Shown here piece after piece: positions 48,083 through 57,247 of a stretch of 64,000 nucleotides of DNA. This stretch comes from Candidatus Iainarchaeum sp. (GTDB taxonomy: Archaea; Micrarchaeota; Micrarchaeia; Anstonellales; Bilamarchaeaceae). The notes under the pieces are model-generated. The model was not told where the DNA came from and did no database searches. It saw only the letters and a list, made by a program, of their open reading frames with translations. A program made the position numbers and the translations under genes. Each line of letters begins with the position of its first letter. The stretch's first letter is position 1. The stretch covers positions 16,267 to 80,266 of the forward strand of contig JAQUBA010000003.1 in NCBI GenBank assembly GCA_028686985.1. The letters are read 5' to 3'.

Positions 48083-48631
48083 CTAATCCGCGGCAAGCCT
48101 GCACATGCGCTTCAAGATGGCTCGGCTGCCCTCGGGGTCGTCTTTGCGTTCATCCAGCATCGCCGCAAGGTCGCCAATCCACGTGTCCTTCATGTACCCC
48201 TGGGGACAGCTCACCATGGCTCCCAGGGCGGCCGCAGCGTTGAGCGCCACACGCTCGTCCTCGTCCTCAACGGCCGCCGCGAGCACCTCCTTTATCCTGC
48301 CCTTCATTTCTCCAGGGATTACGGAGTCCCAGTTAGCGTGCCTGTTGCCCTCCACTATCTTCCTTAGCATCACCGCGGCCTCGCCCCTTGCCGGCGAATC
48401 CTTCCTGGCAATCTCGTCCATCAGCATGGGGACCGCCCTCGTGCCCATGGATACGATTGCGCGGAAGGCGCTGAGCCGGGTCTTGTCAGACCTGCACCGG
48501 ATGAACCTTTGCAGCTGGATTTCCGGGGAATGCCTGGCAGCAAGCCTCATGGCCGGCTTTCTCCTCCCCGCGCGCGGCCCCTCCGCACCGTGCCCGGGAT
48601 AGCCCTTTCGCTGGGCGTGACAGTTTATCAT
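48083..48631 (-). CDS. HEAT/armadillo-like repeat protein
   Basis: Helical repeats such as ...SPARGEAAVMLRKIV... and ...DERVALNAAAALGAMV.... Assignment is tentative. Confidence 0.5.
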   Translation of the reverse strand: MINCHAQRKGYPGHGAEGPRAGRRKPAMRLAARHSPEIQLQRFIRCRSDKTRLSAFRAIVSMGTRAVPMLMDEIARKDSPARGEAAVMLRKIVEGNRHANWDSVIPGEMKGRIKEVLAAAVEDEDERVALNAAAALGAMVSCPQGYMKDTWIGDLAAMLDERKDDPEGSRAILKRMCRLAAD

Positions 48632-48701
48632 GTGTTTATGAATGTATATAAATGTTTTTAAATCCGCTCACATCCGCCCGGCACGCGGACAAAATAAAAT
48701 G

Positions 48702-48727
48702 AGGGGCGCCGCCTAAACGGCGCCCTT
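48702..48727 (-). terminator. 9-10 bp GC-rich hairpin followed on the minus strand by TTTTATTTT, immediately after the stop of the 48736..49806 gene
   Basis: GGGGCGCCG-CCTAAA-CGGCGCCCT seen directly. AAAATAAAA at 48691-48699 gives the U-tract on the transcribed strand. Confidence 0.55.
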
Positions 48728-48735
48728 GCAAACGC

Positions 48736-49806
48736 TCAGCCGCAGTCCCCGGCAGCCGCAGCGCCCGTATCGGAAAGCTCGGTGCCGCACGCGCCGGGTG
48801 CGTTGTTGAACGCCTCGCAAACCGTCGCCTGGTATGCCGCCGGCGTCCTGGAGCCGCTGTAGGTGTACTCGTTTATCATGATTGTCGGAGAGCTCCTCAC
48901 CCCGTACTGCGTGGTTTTCTCAATCTCGCCATCCAATATCTCGAATTTGTTGGCCTCAAATTCCGCGGTAACCGCGGCCGCATCCACGCCAGTTTCGTTC
49001 GCAACGGTCAGCCAGCAAGTGTCTATGTCCGTGAGCGAGCATCTGGAGTTGACCGACCCAACGTACTCGGCCCACTTCCTCTCGCCGTACAGGTTGAAGA
49101 TTATCTTCTCCCTCACATCCTGCCAGAGCTCCGCGTTGCCGTGCATTGAACAGTACTCTACGCCGTTGTTCGTGGTGCACTCATAGCCGTTTCTGCTCGC
49201 ATTCACATAGACGATGTATACCGGCTCGAATTCCGCCGCGTCGGCGAGTTGCTCAACAACCGGCACAAGCCCCCCCTCGGCCTGGTTGCCGTACGGGCAG
49301 TAGCTCATGACGAACATGAGCACCTGCGGGCTGTCGCTCTTTGGCACGCCTGCGGCCTGTGAAGCGGCTTCCGCCTCGGCCTGCGCCCTGAGCGTGCGCA
49401 TCTGCTCCTCAACCGCGCTTATCTCCAGCGCGCCAGAGGGATATATGTATTTGTAATCCCTTGAGATGTAAATTGGCATCTCCTGGCCGTCTATGTTGTA
49501 ATACAACTCTGCATAGTTGCCCTGGTCCACGTACCTCACGTACGTGACGTCCATCTGTTGCCCGGTGCTGAGGAATATGTTGTCCTCAAGCAGGGCGGCG
49601 ATGCTCTCCGCCTTCGCAGCATCAAGCACGAACGTATCGTTCTGCGCCGCGGCGGCCGCAGCCGGCGCACCTGCCATGCCCGGGAAAACCAGGAACCCGA
49701 TGATTAATCCAAGCACAAGCCCGCCCACGCCCCAGAAATAAACCATGTTCTCGGGGCTGGCAGGCATGCCCTCTTCTTTTTTCTTTTCTTCAGCCATTCG
49801 TTTCAC
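48736..49806 (-). CDS. Membrane-anchored extracytoplasmic Cys-rich protein with a thioredoxin/DsbA-like segment (monothiol CPYG)
   Basis: N-terminal TM VYFWGVGGLVLGLIIGFLVF, VLMFVMSYCPYGNQAE, and several further Cys pairs. Confidence 0.55.
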   Translation of the reverse strand: MKRMAEEKKKEEGMPASPENMVYFWGVGGLVLGLIIGFLVFPGMAGAPAAAAAAQNDTFVLDAAKAESIAALLEDNIFLSTGQQMDVTYVRYVDQGNYAELYYNIDGQEMPIYISRDYKYIYPSGALEISAVEEQMRTLRAQAEAEAASQAAGVPKSDSPQVLMFVMSYCPYGNQAEGGLVPVVEQLADAAEFEPVYIVYVNASRNGYECTTNNGVEYCSMHGNAELWQDVREKIIFNLYGERKWAEYVGSVNSRCSLTDIDTCWLTVANETGVDAAAVTAEFEANKFEILDGEIEKTTQYGVRSSPTIMINEYTYSGSRTPAAYQATVCEAFNNAPGACGTELSDTGAAAAGDCG

Positions 49807-49888
49807 CAGCTAATATGGTATTTTGGTATTGTTGAATTATTTACTACTTCGCCCCTTTTAATCCTTTCCGATTTCCCCGCAAAAGGGC

Positions 49889-50983
49889 TCACTTCCGCAT
49901 CGCTTCCAGCACCCGTTCCTTCGCGATTGCGAGCGCGGCCGCGCGGGTGTCCCCGTCCTTCGCCCTTTCCATCACCAATTTGGTATTGTTGGTGATTTTC
50001 TCGGTCACGACCTCAAACATCTTCTTCTCGTCCCACCCCATGGTCTCGCAGTAGGATGAGATGACTCCGCCGGCGTTCGCAAGGAAGTCCGGAAGGACAA
50101 GCACCCCTTTTTGCATGAGCTTCTTCTCCACCCCGTAGGTCATGGGGATGTTCGCCGCCTCGGCGACGATTTTCGCCTTGACATCGTCCACGTTCGCATC
50201 CGTAATCACGTTCGGGCGCGCCCCCGGAATCAGGATATCCACGGGCAGCTTGAACAGCTCCGCCGGGGGGAGCACCTGCCCCTTCCCGTGCGCGGTTACG
50301 GTCTTCTTTTCCGCTTTGGTCCTCATCAGCTCCCCATGGTCAAGCCCATTATTATCATATATCACTCCCTTGGAATCCGAGGCCGCGACAACCTTGGCGC
50401 CCCACTCCGAAAGGAACTTCATGGCGAACGTGCCCACGTTCCCGAAGCCCTCTATCGCGACCGTCATCCCGTCCAGCTTCCCGCCCCGGGACTCCACCGC
50501 CGTTTTTATGCAGAGCGCAACCCCGTACCCAGTGCTCCCCAGTTCGTGCGGAAGCCCGCCCATGGACGCCGGCTTTCCGGTGGTCGCCATGTTGTTCCCA
50601 ACCTGGTCCGCAAACTGCGCCATCTCTTTCTCGGTAGTATTCATATCCGGTCCAGCTATGTACAAATCCGGTATGAACTTCTTCACCTTGTCCGCGAACG
50701 CCCTTATAGCCGCCTCCTTATGCGGGCTCTTCGGGTCAAATTTAATCCCTGATTTCGCGCCCCCGAACGGGATGTCCGCAAGCGCGTTCTTCCAGGTCAT
50801 CGCGCGCGCAAGCCCCATCACCTCTTCCGTGGTCACGTCCGGCTGCATGCGCATCCCGCCCTTCCCCGGCCCCCTTGCAGTATTGTCTATCACCATTACG
50901 CCCTGCATGCCCGTCTTCGCGTCAAACACTTCCACCACATATTCCGGCCCAAACTCATCCTTTGCCCTCATGGATTTCACCAA
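49889..50983 (-). CDS. Glu/Leu/Phe/Val dehydrogenase family enzyme (short, 364 aa form)
   Basis: GPGKGGMRMQPDVTTEEVMGLARAMTWKNALADIPFGGAKSGI (catalytic Lys region) and the Rossmann motif IEGFGNVG. Confidence 0.85.
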   Translation of the reverse strand: MVKSMRAKDEFGPEYVVEVFDAKTGMQGVMVIDNTARGPGKGGMRMQPDVTTEEVMGLARAMTWKNALADIPFGGAKSGIKFDPKSPHKEAAIRAFADKVKKFIPDLYIAGPDMNTTEKEMAQFADQVGNNMATTGKPASMGGLPHELGSTGYGVALCIKTAVESRGGKLDGMTVAIEGFGNVGTFAMKFLSEWGAKVVAASDSKGVIYDNNGLDHGELMRTKAEKKTVTAHGKGQVLPPAELFKLPVDILIPGARPNVITDANVDDVKAKIVAEAANIPMTYGVEKKLMQKGVLVLPDFLANAGGVISSYCETMGWDEKKMFEVVTEKITNNTKLVMERAKDGDTRAAALAIAKERVLEAMRK

Positions 50984-51030
50984 CTAAATAATTGGATGCT
51001 GCTGCTTATTTCGAATAGAATTTAAATCGT

Positions 51031-51996
51031 TTATCCTTGCCCGTCGATTTTTTTCACAAAACCAGAAACATGCCCGTTAAGCTCCTCCGGCTTCTCCGCC
51101 TGCGGGAAATGTGTCGCCCCCTTGAGCACGTGCATCTCATAATCCCGCAGCCTGACCTTCAGCACGTCAAGCGAGGACAGCTGCACGAGGAAATCCCTCC
51201 CGCCCGTGAGCACGAGCACGGGAATCCCCAGCCCCCCCATCATCTCCCCGATGCGGTCGCCTGTCTGCGTCATGGCCCGGAATGCCGTAACCAGCGTCTC
51301 GCTCTTCACATCCAGCACGCACTCCAGATACTTCCTGAATTCCGAAAACGAAACCCCGCTTCCCGTCGCCGCCTTGAAGAACGCATAAAGGGGCGCCATG
51401 AGCGGAACCTCCTTGAAGTGCTTCGCATACCATCTCAGGAATTTCTCCGCGGTGCCGTTCCGCAGCGCCTTCTCCAGTGCCTCAAGAAGCGGGACGGAAA
51501 AATCCTTCCCCGGCATGGTCGCAAGCGGATTCCCAACCACGGGGCTCACCATCACCATGGAGTCAATATGCGCGGCGCTGCCCAGCAAAAACCCGCCCCC
51601 CATCGCCCGCCTGTACATCCACGTGCCCACGAGGCATCCCATGGAATGCATCACGAGTGTGGTTCTGTGAATGCCCAGGTGCGCGGCGAGTTCGGCGGCG
51701 TCCATTCCGCAGTCCGAGAGATAAGAGTTCGGCGTGGAAAGGCCTAGCCTCACCTCCCCATGCCCCCTCATATTGAAGAACAAAAGATTGCAACCCGGGA
51801 ATTTGTGCATCTGCTCCTTCCATTCCGAGTGCCTCAGCGCAATCCCGTTCAGGAACATGAGCGTGCGCGGATTTTTTTCGCGTGGAACCTGCCGCATATA
51901 TATGTATTCAAGCAGCACGCCATGGGCGGTTTGGAAATGCTCCTTGCGGTACCAGGCCCCGGGCCGCGCGTGCACAATCCGCATGCGGTTATACAT
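51031..51996 (-). CDS. Alpha/beta hydrolase fold protein
   Basis: Nucleophile elbow VMHSMGCLVG (GxSxG-type). A C-terminal His region (GATHFPQ) is compatible with a Ser-Asp-His triad. Confidence 0.75.
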   Translation of the reverse strand: MYNRMRIVHARPGAWYRKEHFQTAHGVLLEYIYMRQVPREKNPRTLMFLNGIALRHSEWKEQMHKFPGCNLLFFNMRGHGEVRLGLSTPNSYLSDCGMDAAELAAHLGIHRTTLVMHSMGCLVGTWMYRRAMGGGFLLGSAAHIDSMVMVSPVVGNPLATMPGKDFSVPLLEALEKALRNGTAEKFLRWYAKHFKEVPLMAPLYAFFKAATGSGVSFSEFRKYLECVLDVKSETLVTAFRAMTQTGDRIGEMMGGLGIPVLVLTGGRDFLVQLSSLDVLKVRLRDYEMHVLKGATHFPQAEKPEELNGHVSGFVKKIDGQG

Positions 51997-52060
51997 GTGT
52001 GAAAAGCTATTTAATGGTGTTTTCCAGGGCCGGCGCGATGCTTTTTAAATATATCCAATT

Positions 52061-52074
52061 ATGGATATATCCAT
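52061..52074. promoter_or_regulatory. Perfect 14-bp palindrome ATGGATATATCCAT at the predicted transcription/translation start of the PadR gene; half-site ATATATCC also occurs at 52049-52056
   Basis: Seen directly. TATA-like TTTTTAAATATAT at 52043-52055. Confidence 0.5.
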
Positions 52075-52465
52075 GTTTGTACTGCCTCGCATGCACCCGA
52101 AGCGCCCGTTGGGGAAGTTTCCGGGCTTTGCCGCGATGCACAAGAGCGCCCCCGCCGGCAGGGTGATGAGGCGGATAGGCATGCTGTTCGTCCTCTGGCT
52201 CATACGAAGGAAGCCCATGAAGGCGTACGACGCGATGAAGACGATGAGGGAGGACGGGATGCCATTCGCGACCGCGAACCGCATCTACCCCCTGTTCTCA
52301 TCCATGGAAAAGGAAGGCTTGGTGAAAGGGAAGAGAATTTCCGGGGACAAGCGGGGCGGAAAGCAATATTTTATAACCATAAAGGGGAAGGACTTGCTGG
52401 CCTTCTGCAGGGAGCACATGCGCAGCGGCCTGCTTGGCGAATACCTGCGCGACATGGTGAAGTGA
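52061..52465 (+). CDS. PadR-family winged-helix transcriptional regulator (start uncertain; in-frame ATGs at 52073, 52091 and further downstream)
   Basis: GMLFVLWLIRRKPMKAYDAMKTMREDGMPFATANRIYPLFSSMEKEGLVKGK...YFITIKGKDLL is the PadR wHTH pattern. A 4-nt overlap links it to the next gene. Confidence 0.7.
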   Translation: MDISMFVLPRMHPKRPLGKFPGFAAMHKSAPAGRVMRRIGMLFVLWLIRRKPMKAYDAMKTMREDGMPFATANRIYPLFSSMEKEGLVKGKRISGDKRGGKQYFITIKGKDLLAFCREHMRSGLLGEYLRDMVK

Positions 52466-53253
52466 TGGTAAGGGAGATAATCAAGCTGGATAGGGTAAGC
52501 AAGTTCTACCGGATGGGCGACTCCAGGGTGGACGCCCTCAGGGAGCTTTCGCTCACCATCCACGAGAACGATTACATGGCAGTCTTCGGCCCGAGCGGGA
52601 GCGGCAAATCCACGCTCCTGCACATGATGGGCCTCCTGGACATCCCTTCCAGCGGCAGGGTGCTGGTGGACGGGAAGGATGTCTCCCAGTTGCCGGAGAA
52701 CGCGCTCGCCCGCATCCGCGGAAAGAAAATAGGCTTCATATTCCAGGTCTTCAACCTCGTCCCTTCGCTCAGCGCGCTGGAGAACGTCGCGCTGCCGATG
52801 ATGATTTACGGGGTTCCCAAATACGAAAGGGAAAAGCGGGCGGAGGAACTGCTCGTCTCCCTGGACATGGGCAACCGCGTGAAGCACCTGCCCGGCGAGC
52901 TTTCCGGCGGGCAGCGCCAGCGCGTTGCAATCGCCCGCTCGCTCGCAAACGACCCCGAGGTCATACTAGCGGACGAGCCAACCGGCAACCTGGACTCAAA
53001 AACGGGGGAGGAGGTCGTAGACATATTCAACCGTTTCCACCATGACGGGAAGACGCTCGTGGTTGTGACACACGACCCGGACATCGCGCGGAACACGGAC
53101 GAGATTGTCCGCATACGGGACGGCACAATAGTTGAGCACGAGATATCCAAGGAGCATTCCATCCGCACAAACGGCGGGATGGAACTCGTTGGCGGCATAA
53201 AGTCAAAGGTCAATGAAAAACTCGGAGTCAAAAAGAAGGTGAAAAAAATATGA
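52462..53253 (+). CDS. ABC transporter ATP-binding protein (MacB/LolD-type)
   Basis: Walker A GPSGSGKSTLL, Q-loop, signature LSGGQRQRVAIARSL, Walker B ILADEPTGNLD, H-loop VVVTHD. Confidence 0.92.
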   Translation: MMVREIIKLDRVSKFYRMGDSRVDALRELSLTIHENDYMAVFGPSGSGKSTLLHMMGLLDIPSSGRVLVDGKDVSQLPENALARIRGKKIGFIFQVFNLVPSLSALENVALPMMIYGVPKYEREKRAEELLVSLDMGNRVKHLPGELSGGQRQRVAIARSLANDPEVILADEPTGNLDSKTGEEVVDIFNRFHHDGKTLVVVTHDPDIARNTDEIVRIRDGTIVEHEISKEHSIRTNGGMELVGGIKSKVNEKLGVKKKVKKI

Positions 53254-54740
53254 ATGCAAAAAATGCGCTGTTTGCGCTTCTGCTGTTGGGATATGCATTT
53301 GCGGGCCTTTCAATATCGGACTATTCCGTGAGCCCGGAGACGATTGAGCCGGGGGGCTCGGGATACATAACTCTGACTGTGTCCAACCCCTCCGAGACAG
53401 ACACAGTGGATCTGGTCACGGTCTCCGTCTCTTCCGCTGAATCTCTGGGAGCAAACAGGCAATTCGCGGTCGGCGACCTTGAGCAGAGCTCCTCAACCAC
53501 GCTTACGGTGCCGTTCCAGTCATCGCCGTCACTCCGCAGCAGGATATACACGGTGGATGTGACCGCGCGCGGGACCGTGGAAACATATGTCTATAATTCA
53601 GTGACCGGCGATTTCAGGGTAGAATCCAGCGTCGTGACCAAGCTCGCTACAATACCCATAAAGGTGGTTAAGGCGCCCATTCTCTCCATCTCGCTGAGCA
53701 GCGAGAACCTTGAGGACATCACCGAACAGACTATAACGATAACAAACTCGGGAGGCAATGCGTCCAACCTGCGCATGTCCATAACCAGCAGCGGCGTGGG
53801 CTTCCTGAACACGGACGAGGTCCTGTTCGGGGCGGTTGAGGATTCGGCGCAGCAGGCGGTCACGATAGACGCGCGCGGCGCATCGGACGGCGCGACCAAG
53901 CTCGCCTTCCTCGTCACCTACCGCGACGAGCTGGGCGAGGAGCACAACGCGACCAAGGAAGTGCCGGTCACGATAAAGAAGGGCGAGGGCGACTTCCGCT
54001 TCTCCCAGCAGGCGCCCGTCACAACGGGCGAGGACGACACGCTCACGATGATTGTTACCAATTCCGGCGACCCCGTGCAGGACCTGCAGCTCACCTTCTC
54101 CACGTCTTCCGGCGTGGTGCTGCGCGGCCTGAACAAGGTTGAGGTGGGTAATCTTGCAAGGGGCGAGTCCAGGGAGATATCAATCCCGCTGGTCGCGAAC
54201 CTCCAGCCCGGCACCAACAACGTGAACGCTTCGCTCAGCTGGGTGGAGCAGGGGGAGAACCGCGAGGGCTCCATAACAATCCCGCTCAGCGTGAAATCCG
54301 ATTCAGAAGTGGGCGTATACCTGGAGGCGAACCCCACCCCGCTCGTCGCGGGCGGGCAGCACACCCTCTCCGTAACAGTCTCCAACCTCGGCTCCTACTC
54401 CATACAGGGCGTGACCGTCGGTTTGGACAGCGATGCCCTCACCCTGCTAACCGTACAGCCGGAGCAGTACATAGGCGGCCTGGACAAAGACGACTTCTCC
54501 AGCGTCCAGTACAAGGTACTGGTCGGCAATGTGCAGCCCGGAAACCACAATGCGACCGTGGAGGTCAGATACAAGGACGCATCCGGCGCCCGCATAACCG
54601 AGACCAAGCCGGTCGTGATAAGGATTGAGGCCCCTGCCCAGAGCGGGGACGGCACCGGAACGCTCTTGCTGCTCATAGTTGTGCTGGGCGGCGCGGGCTA
54701 CTGGTATTTCAGGATGAGGAAGCCCAAGGTAAAGCAATGA
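53250..54740 (+). CDS. Secreted CARDB/COG1361-like multi-domain surface protein with a C-terminal TM anchor
   Basis: Signal peptide. Four Ig-like modules of about 110 aa (..GYITLTVSNPSETD.., ..ITITNSGGNASNL.., ..TMIVTNSGDPVQDL.., ..LSVTVSNLGSYSI..). Tail LLLLIVVLGGAGYWYFRMRK. Confidence 0.7.
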   Translation: MNAKNALFALLLLGYAFAGLSISDYSVSPETIEPGGSGYITLTVSNPSETDTVDLVTVSVSSAESLGANRQFAVGDLEQSSSTTLTVPFQSSPSLRSRIYTVDVTARGTVETYVYNSVTGDFRVESSVVTKLATIPIKVVKAPILSISLSSENLEDITEQTITITNSGGNASNLRMSITSSGVGFLNTDEVLFGAVEDSAQQAVTIDARGASDGATKLAFLVTYRDELGEEHNATKEVPVTIKKGEGDFRFSQQAPVTTGEDDTLTMIVTNSGDPVQDLQLTFSTSSGVVLRGLNKVEVGNLARGESREISIPLVANLQPGTNNVNASLSWVEQGENREGSITIPLSVKSDSEVGVYLEANPTPLVAGGQHTLSVTVSNLGSYSIQGVTVGLDSDALTLLTVQPEQYIGGLDKDDFSSVQYKVLVGNVQPGNHNATVEVRYKDASGARITETKPVVIRIEAPAQSGDGTGTLLLLIVVLGGAGYWYFRMRKPKVKQ

Positions 54741-55951
54741 GAACGGAGGACATGGTTTCGTATTCGTTGCGGAACCTCAGGCACCAGAAGGTGCGTACCT
54801 GGCTCACCATCGTGGGAATAGTTGTGGGCGTTGCCGCAGTAATAGTGCTGGTCGGGCTTGCGGACGGCCTCCGTTCCTCAGTATCAGACCAGCTTTCCGC
54901 ATTCGGCCCCAAGACCATAGTGGTCAGCCCGGTGAGCCTTGAGGGTGGGATCGGAGGCGGCACGGCAGACCTCCGCCCGACCCTGGGCAAGCTTTTTGAG
55001 AGGGACGCGGACAAGATTGAAAGGGTGGAGGGGGTCGAGCTGGTTACCAAGCTTATCACGACCAGCGTGGACATGAAGTTCCGGGACAAGCACATAACCT
55101 CGGCCATATACGGGGTTGATCCCGACGCCTACACAGAAACCACCAGCATAAAGATAAGCGAAGGGAGGTTCCTCCAGCCCGGCGACCGGCGCGTTGCGGT
55201 CATCGGATACGGGATAGCCAACGACAATTTCGGGGACGACAAAATACGCGTAAACAACCTGGTTGAGCTGGGCGGGCAGAAATACCGCGTGGTCGGCGTA
55301 CTGCAGAAAAGCGGCAGCTCCTTCGGCCCGGGCGACAGCTCGGTTTTCGTTTCCTATGAGGACGGGAGGGAGCTCGCGGGAGATGCCCTTGCGGAAAGGG
55401 AAATCTCCGGGATACGCATAATGGTGGACGAGGGCTTTGACACCGAGGAGGTTGCCGACAACATTGAATACGTCCTCGCATCCATGCACAAGGTCCCGCT
55501 TGAAGACAAGGACTTCACGCTTATAACCCCGAAATTCATAGAGGACCAGGTCAATTCCGTCCTTGGCACGCTCACGCTCTTCCTCGGTGCGGTCTCTGGA
55601 ATCGCGCTGGTTGTTGGCGGCGTCGGCATATCCAACACCATGTTCGTAAGCGTGATGGAACGCACAAAAGAGATAGGAGTGCTCAAATCCGTTGGCGCGC
55701 AGAACTGGCAGATAGAGCGCCTCTTCCTGGTTGAAGCCGCCATGATAGGGTTGGTCGGAGGGGTGATGGGGGTCCTTTTCGGCATAATGGTCGTGCTCCT
55801 GCTCAGCGTTTTCGGCATAAATGCAACGCCCTCCATCCCGACTGTATTGATTTCATTCATGATAGCGATGAGCGTCGGCATGGCCGGCGGCTTTATCCCT
55901 GCCAGAAATGCGGCGAAGATTCCGGCGGTGGAAGCGATGAGGAATGATTAG
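54737..55951 (+). CDS. ABC transporter permease, MacB-like (FtsX domain + periplasmic core domain)
   Basis: SLRNLRHQKVRTWLTIVGIVVGVAAVI N-terminal TM, a large extracytoplasmic loop, and a C-terminal FtsX-type 3-TM bundle with ERTKEIGVLKSVGA. Confidence 0.85.
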   Translation: MRTEDMVSYSLRNLRHQKVRTWLTIVGIVVGVAAVIVLVGLADGLRSSVSDQLSAFGPKTIVVSPVSLEGGIGGGTADLRPTLGKLFERDADKIERVEGVELVTKLITTSVDMKFRDKHITSAIYGVDPDAYTETTSIKISEGRFLQPGDRRVAVIGYGIANDNFGDDKIRVNNLVELGGQKYRVVGVLQKSGSSFGPGDSSVFVSYEDGRELAGDALAEREISGIRIMVDEGFDTEEVADNIEYVLASMHKVPLEDKDFTLITPKFIEDQVNSVLGTLTLFLGAVSGIALVVGGVGISNTMFVSVMERTKEIGVLKSVGAQNWQIERLFLVEAAMIGLVGGVMGVLFGIMVVLLLSVFGINATPSIPTVLISFMIAMSVGMAGGFIPARNAAKIPAVEAMRND

Positions 55952-57169
55952 ATGGACCTTCTGGAGATAACCAAATACGGAATCAAGAACCTCCGGATAA
56001 GGCACCTCCGCTCCACGCTCACAATAGTCGGAATAGTCCTGGGCATAGCCACAATAGTCACTCTGATGTCCATAGGCGAGGGCGTCAGCCAGGAAATCGA
56101 AAGCCAGCTGGACGCCTTCGGCACTGACATGATTTTTGTCGTCCCGTTCAACCTGGAAACGATGTCCAGCGCTTCTTCCATGTCCATGAGCACATCCGGG
56201 AAGCTCTACGAGCGGGACATAGACTACATAGAGAAGGTCCCGGGCGTGGAGGAGACTGCCCGCGTCAACTACGGCCGCGCATCCCTCCGCTTCCGCGATA
56301 TTGACATATCGTCTGCCATCTACCCGGCGGACGAGGCGATGTTCGAGCAGTTCGGCGATTATTTCACACTGGAGGAGGGCAGATACTACACGGACAGCGA
56401 CACCAAGGTGCTCGTGCTCGGGAACGATGCCGCGAACCTTATGTTTGATGAGCAGAAGATAGCCCCCGGCAATGTCATTTATGTGAACGATGAGCCGTAC
56501 CGCGTGGTCGGTGTGCTCAAGAGGATAGGAACCGCCCTCAGCCAGCAGGACGATTCAACCATTTTCATGCCCTACGACCAGGGAAAGAAAGTGCTTGCGG
56601 ATTACCTCGCGCCCGGGGAGGTTTTCGCCATATACATAAAGATACGCCCAGGCTACGATGCGGACGAGGTCGCGGCCCAGGTGGAGCGCCAGATTGCGAA
56701 CGCGCACCGCATCTCCCTTGACAAGAAGGACTTCTCCGTCATAACGCCATCTTTCATAAAGGAAACAGTGGGCACGGTGCTCGACCTCCTCAACCTCTTC
56801 CTCCTCGCAATCGCCGCGGTCTCCGCGTTCGTCGGGGGCATAGGCATCTCCAACACGATGTTCATGAGCGTGCTGGAGCGCCGGCGCGAGATAGGCGTCC
56901 TCAAGGCCATCGGCGCGACCCGCAACACAATCCTCCTCATATTCGTGTTTGAGAGCGCGCTCATAGGCGCGGGAGGGGGCATGCTCGGCCTCGCATTGGG
57001 CTATCTCGCCCTTCTTGCAGCAGGGGCGTTCGGGGTCCCCTACATCCTCGGCGCCTACCAGATTTCCTTCGCATTCTCCTTCGCCGTAGTGGTGGGCGTA
57101 ATCTCCGGCCTCATCCCGGCCCTCAACGCATCCAAGGTTCCGGCAGTGGAAGCCCTCCATTACGAATAA
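55952..57169 (+). CDS. ABC transporter permease, MacB-like, second paralog
   Basis: Same architecture: IKNLRIRHLRSTLTIVGIVLGIATIV ... ERRREIGVLKAIGA. Confidence 0.85.
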   Translation: MDLLEITKYGIKNLRIRHLRSTLTIVGIVLGIATIVTLMSIGEGVSQEIESQLDAFGTDMIFVVPFNLETMSSASSMSMSTSGKLYERDIDYIEKVPGVEETARVNYGRASLRFRDIDISSAIYPADEAMFEQFGDYFTLEEGRYYTDSDTKVLVLGNDAANLMFDEQKIAPGNVIYVNDEPYRVVGVLKRIGTALSQQDDSTIFMPYDQGKKVLADYLAPGEVFAIYIKIRPGYDADEVAAQVERQIANAHRISLDKKDFSVITPSFIKETVGTVLDLLNLFLLAIAAVSAFVGGIGISNTMFMSVLERRREIGVLKAIGATRNTILLIFVFESALIGAGGGMLGLALGYLALLAAGAFGVPYILGAYQISFAFSFAVVVGVISGLIPALNASKVPAVEALHYE

Positions 57170-57218
57170 TGCGCTGTTTTGTTGCAGAAGTTGTCCTACT
57201 CAGGGCAGCGTAGGCATG

Positions 57219-57228
57219 TTTATATAAT
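57219..57228 (+). promoter_or_regulatory. Strong TATA box TTTATATAAT, centre about 25 nt upstream of position 57248
   Basis: Seen directly. No protein-coding start lies within 290 nt downstream other than a compositionally implausible ORF. Confidence 0.55.
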
Positions 57229-57247
57229 TTTGCACCTTAACCACTTT

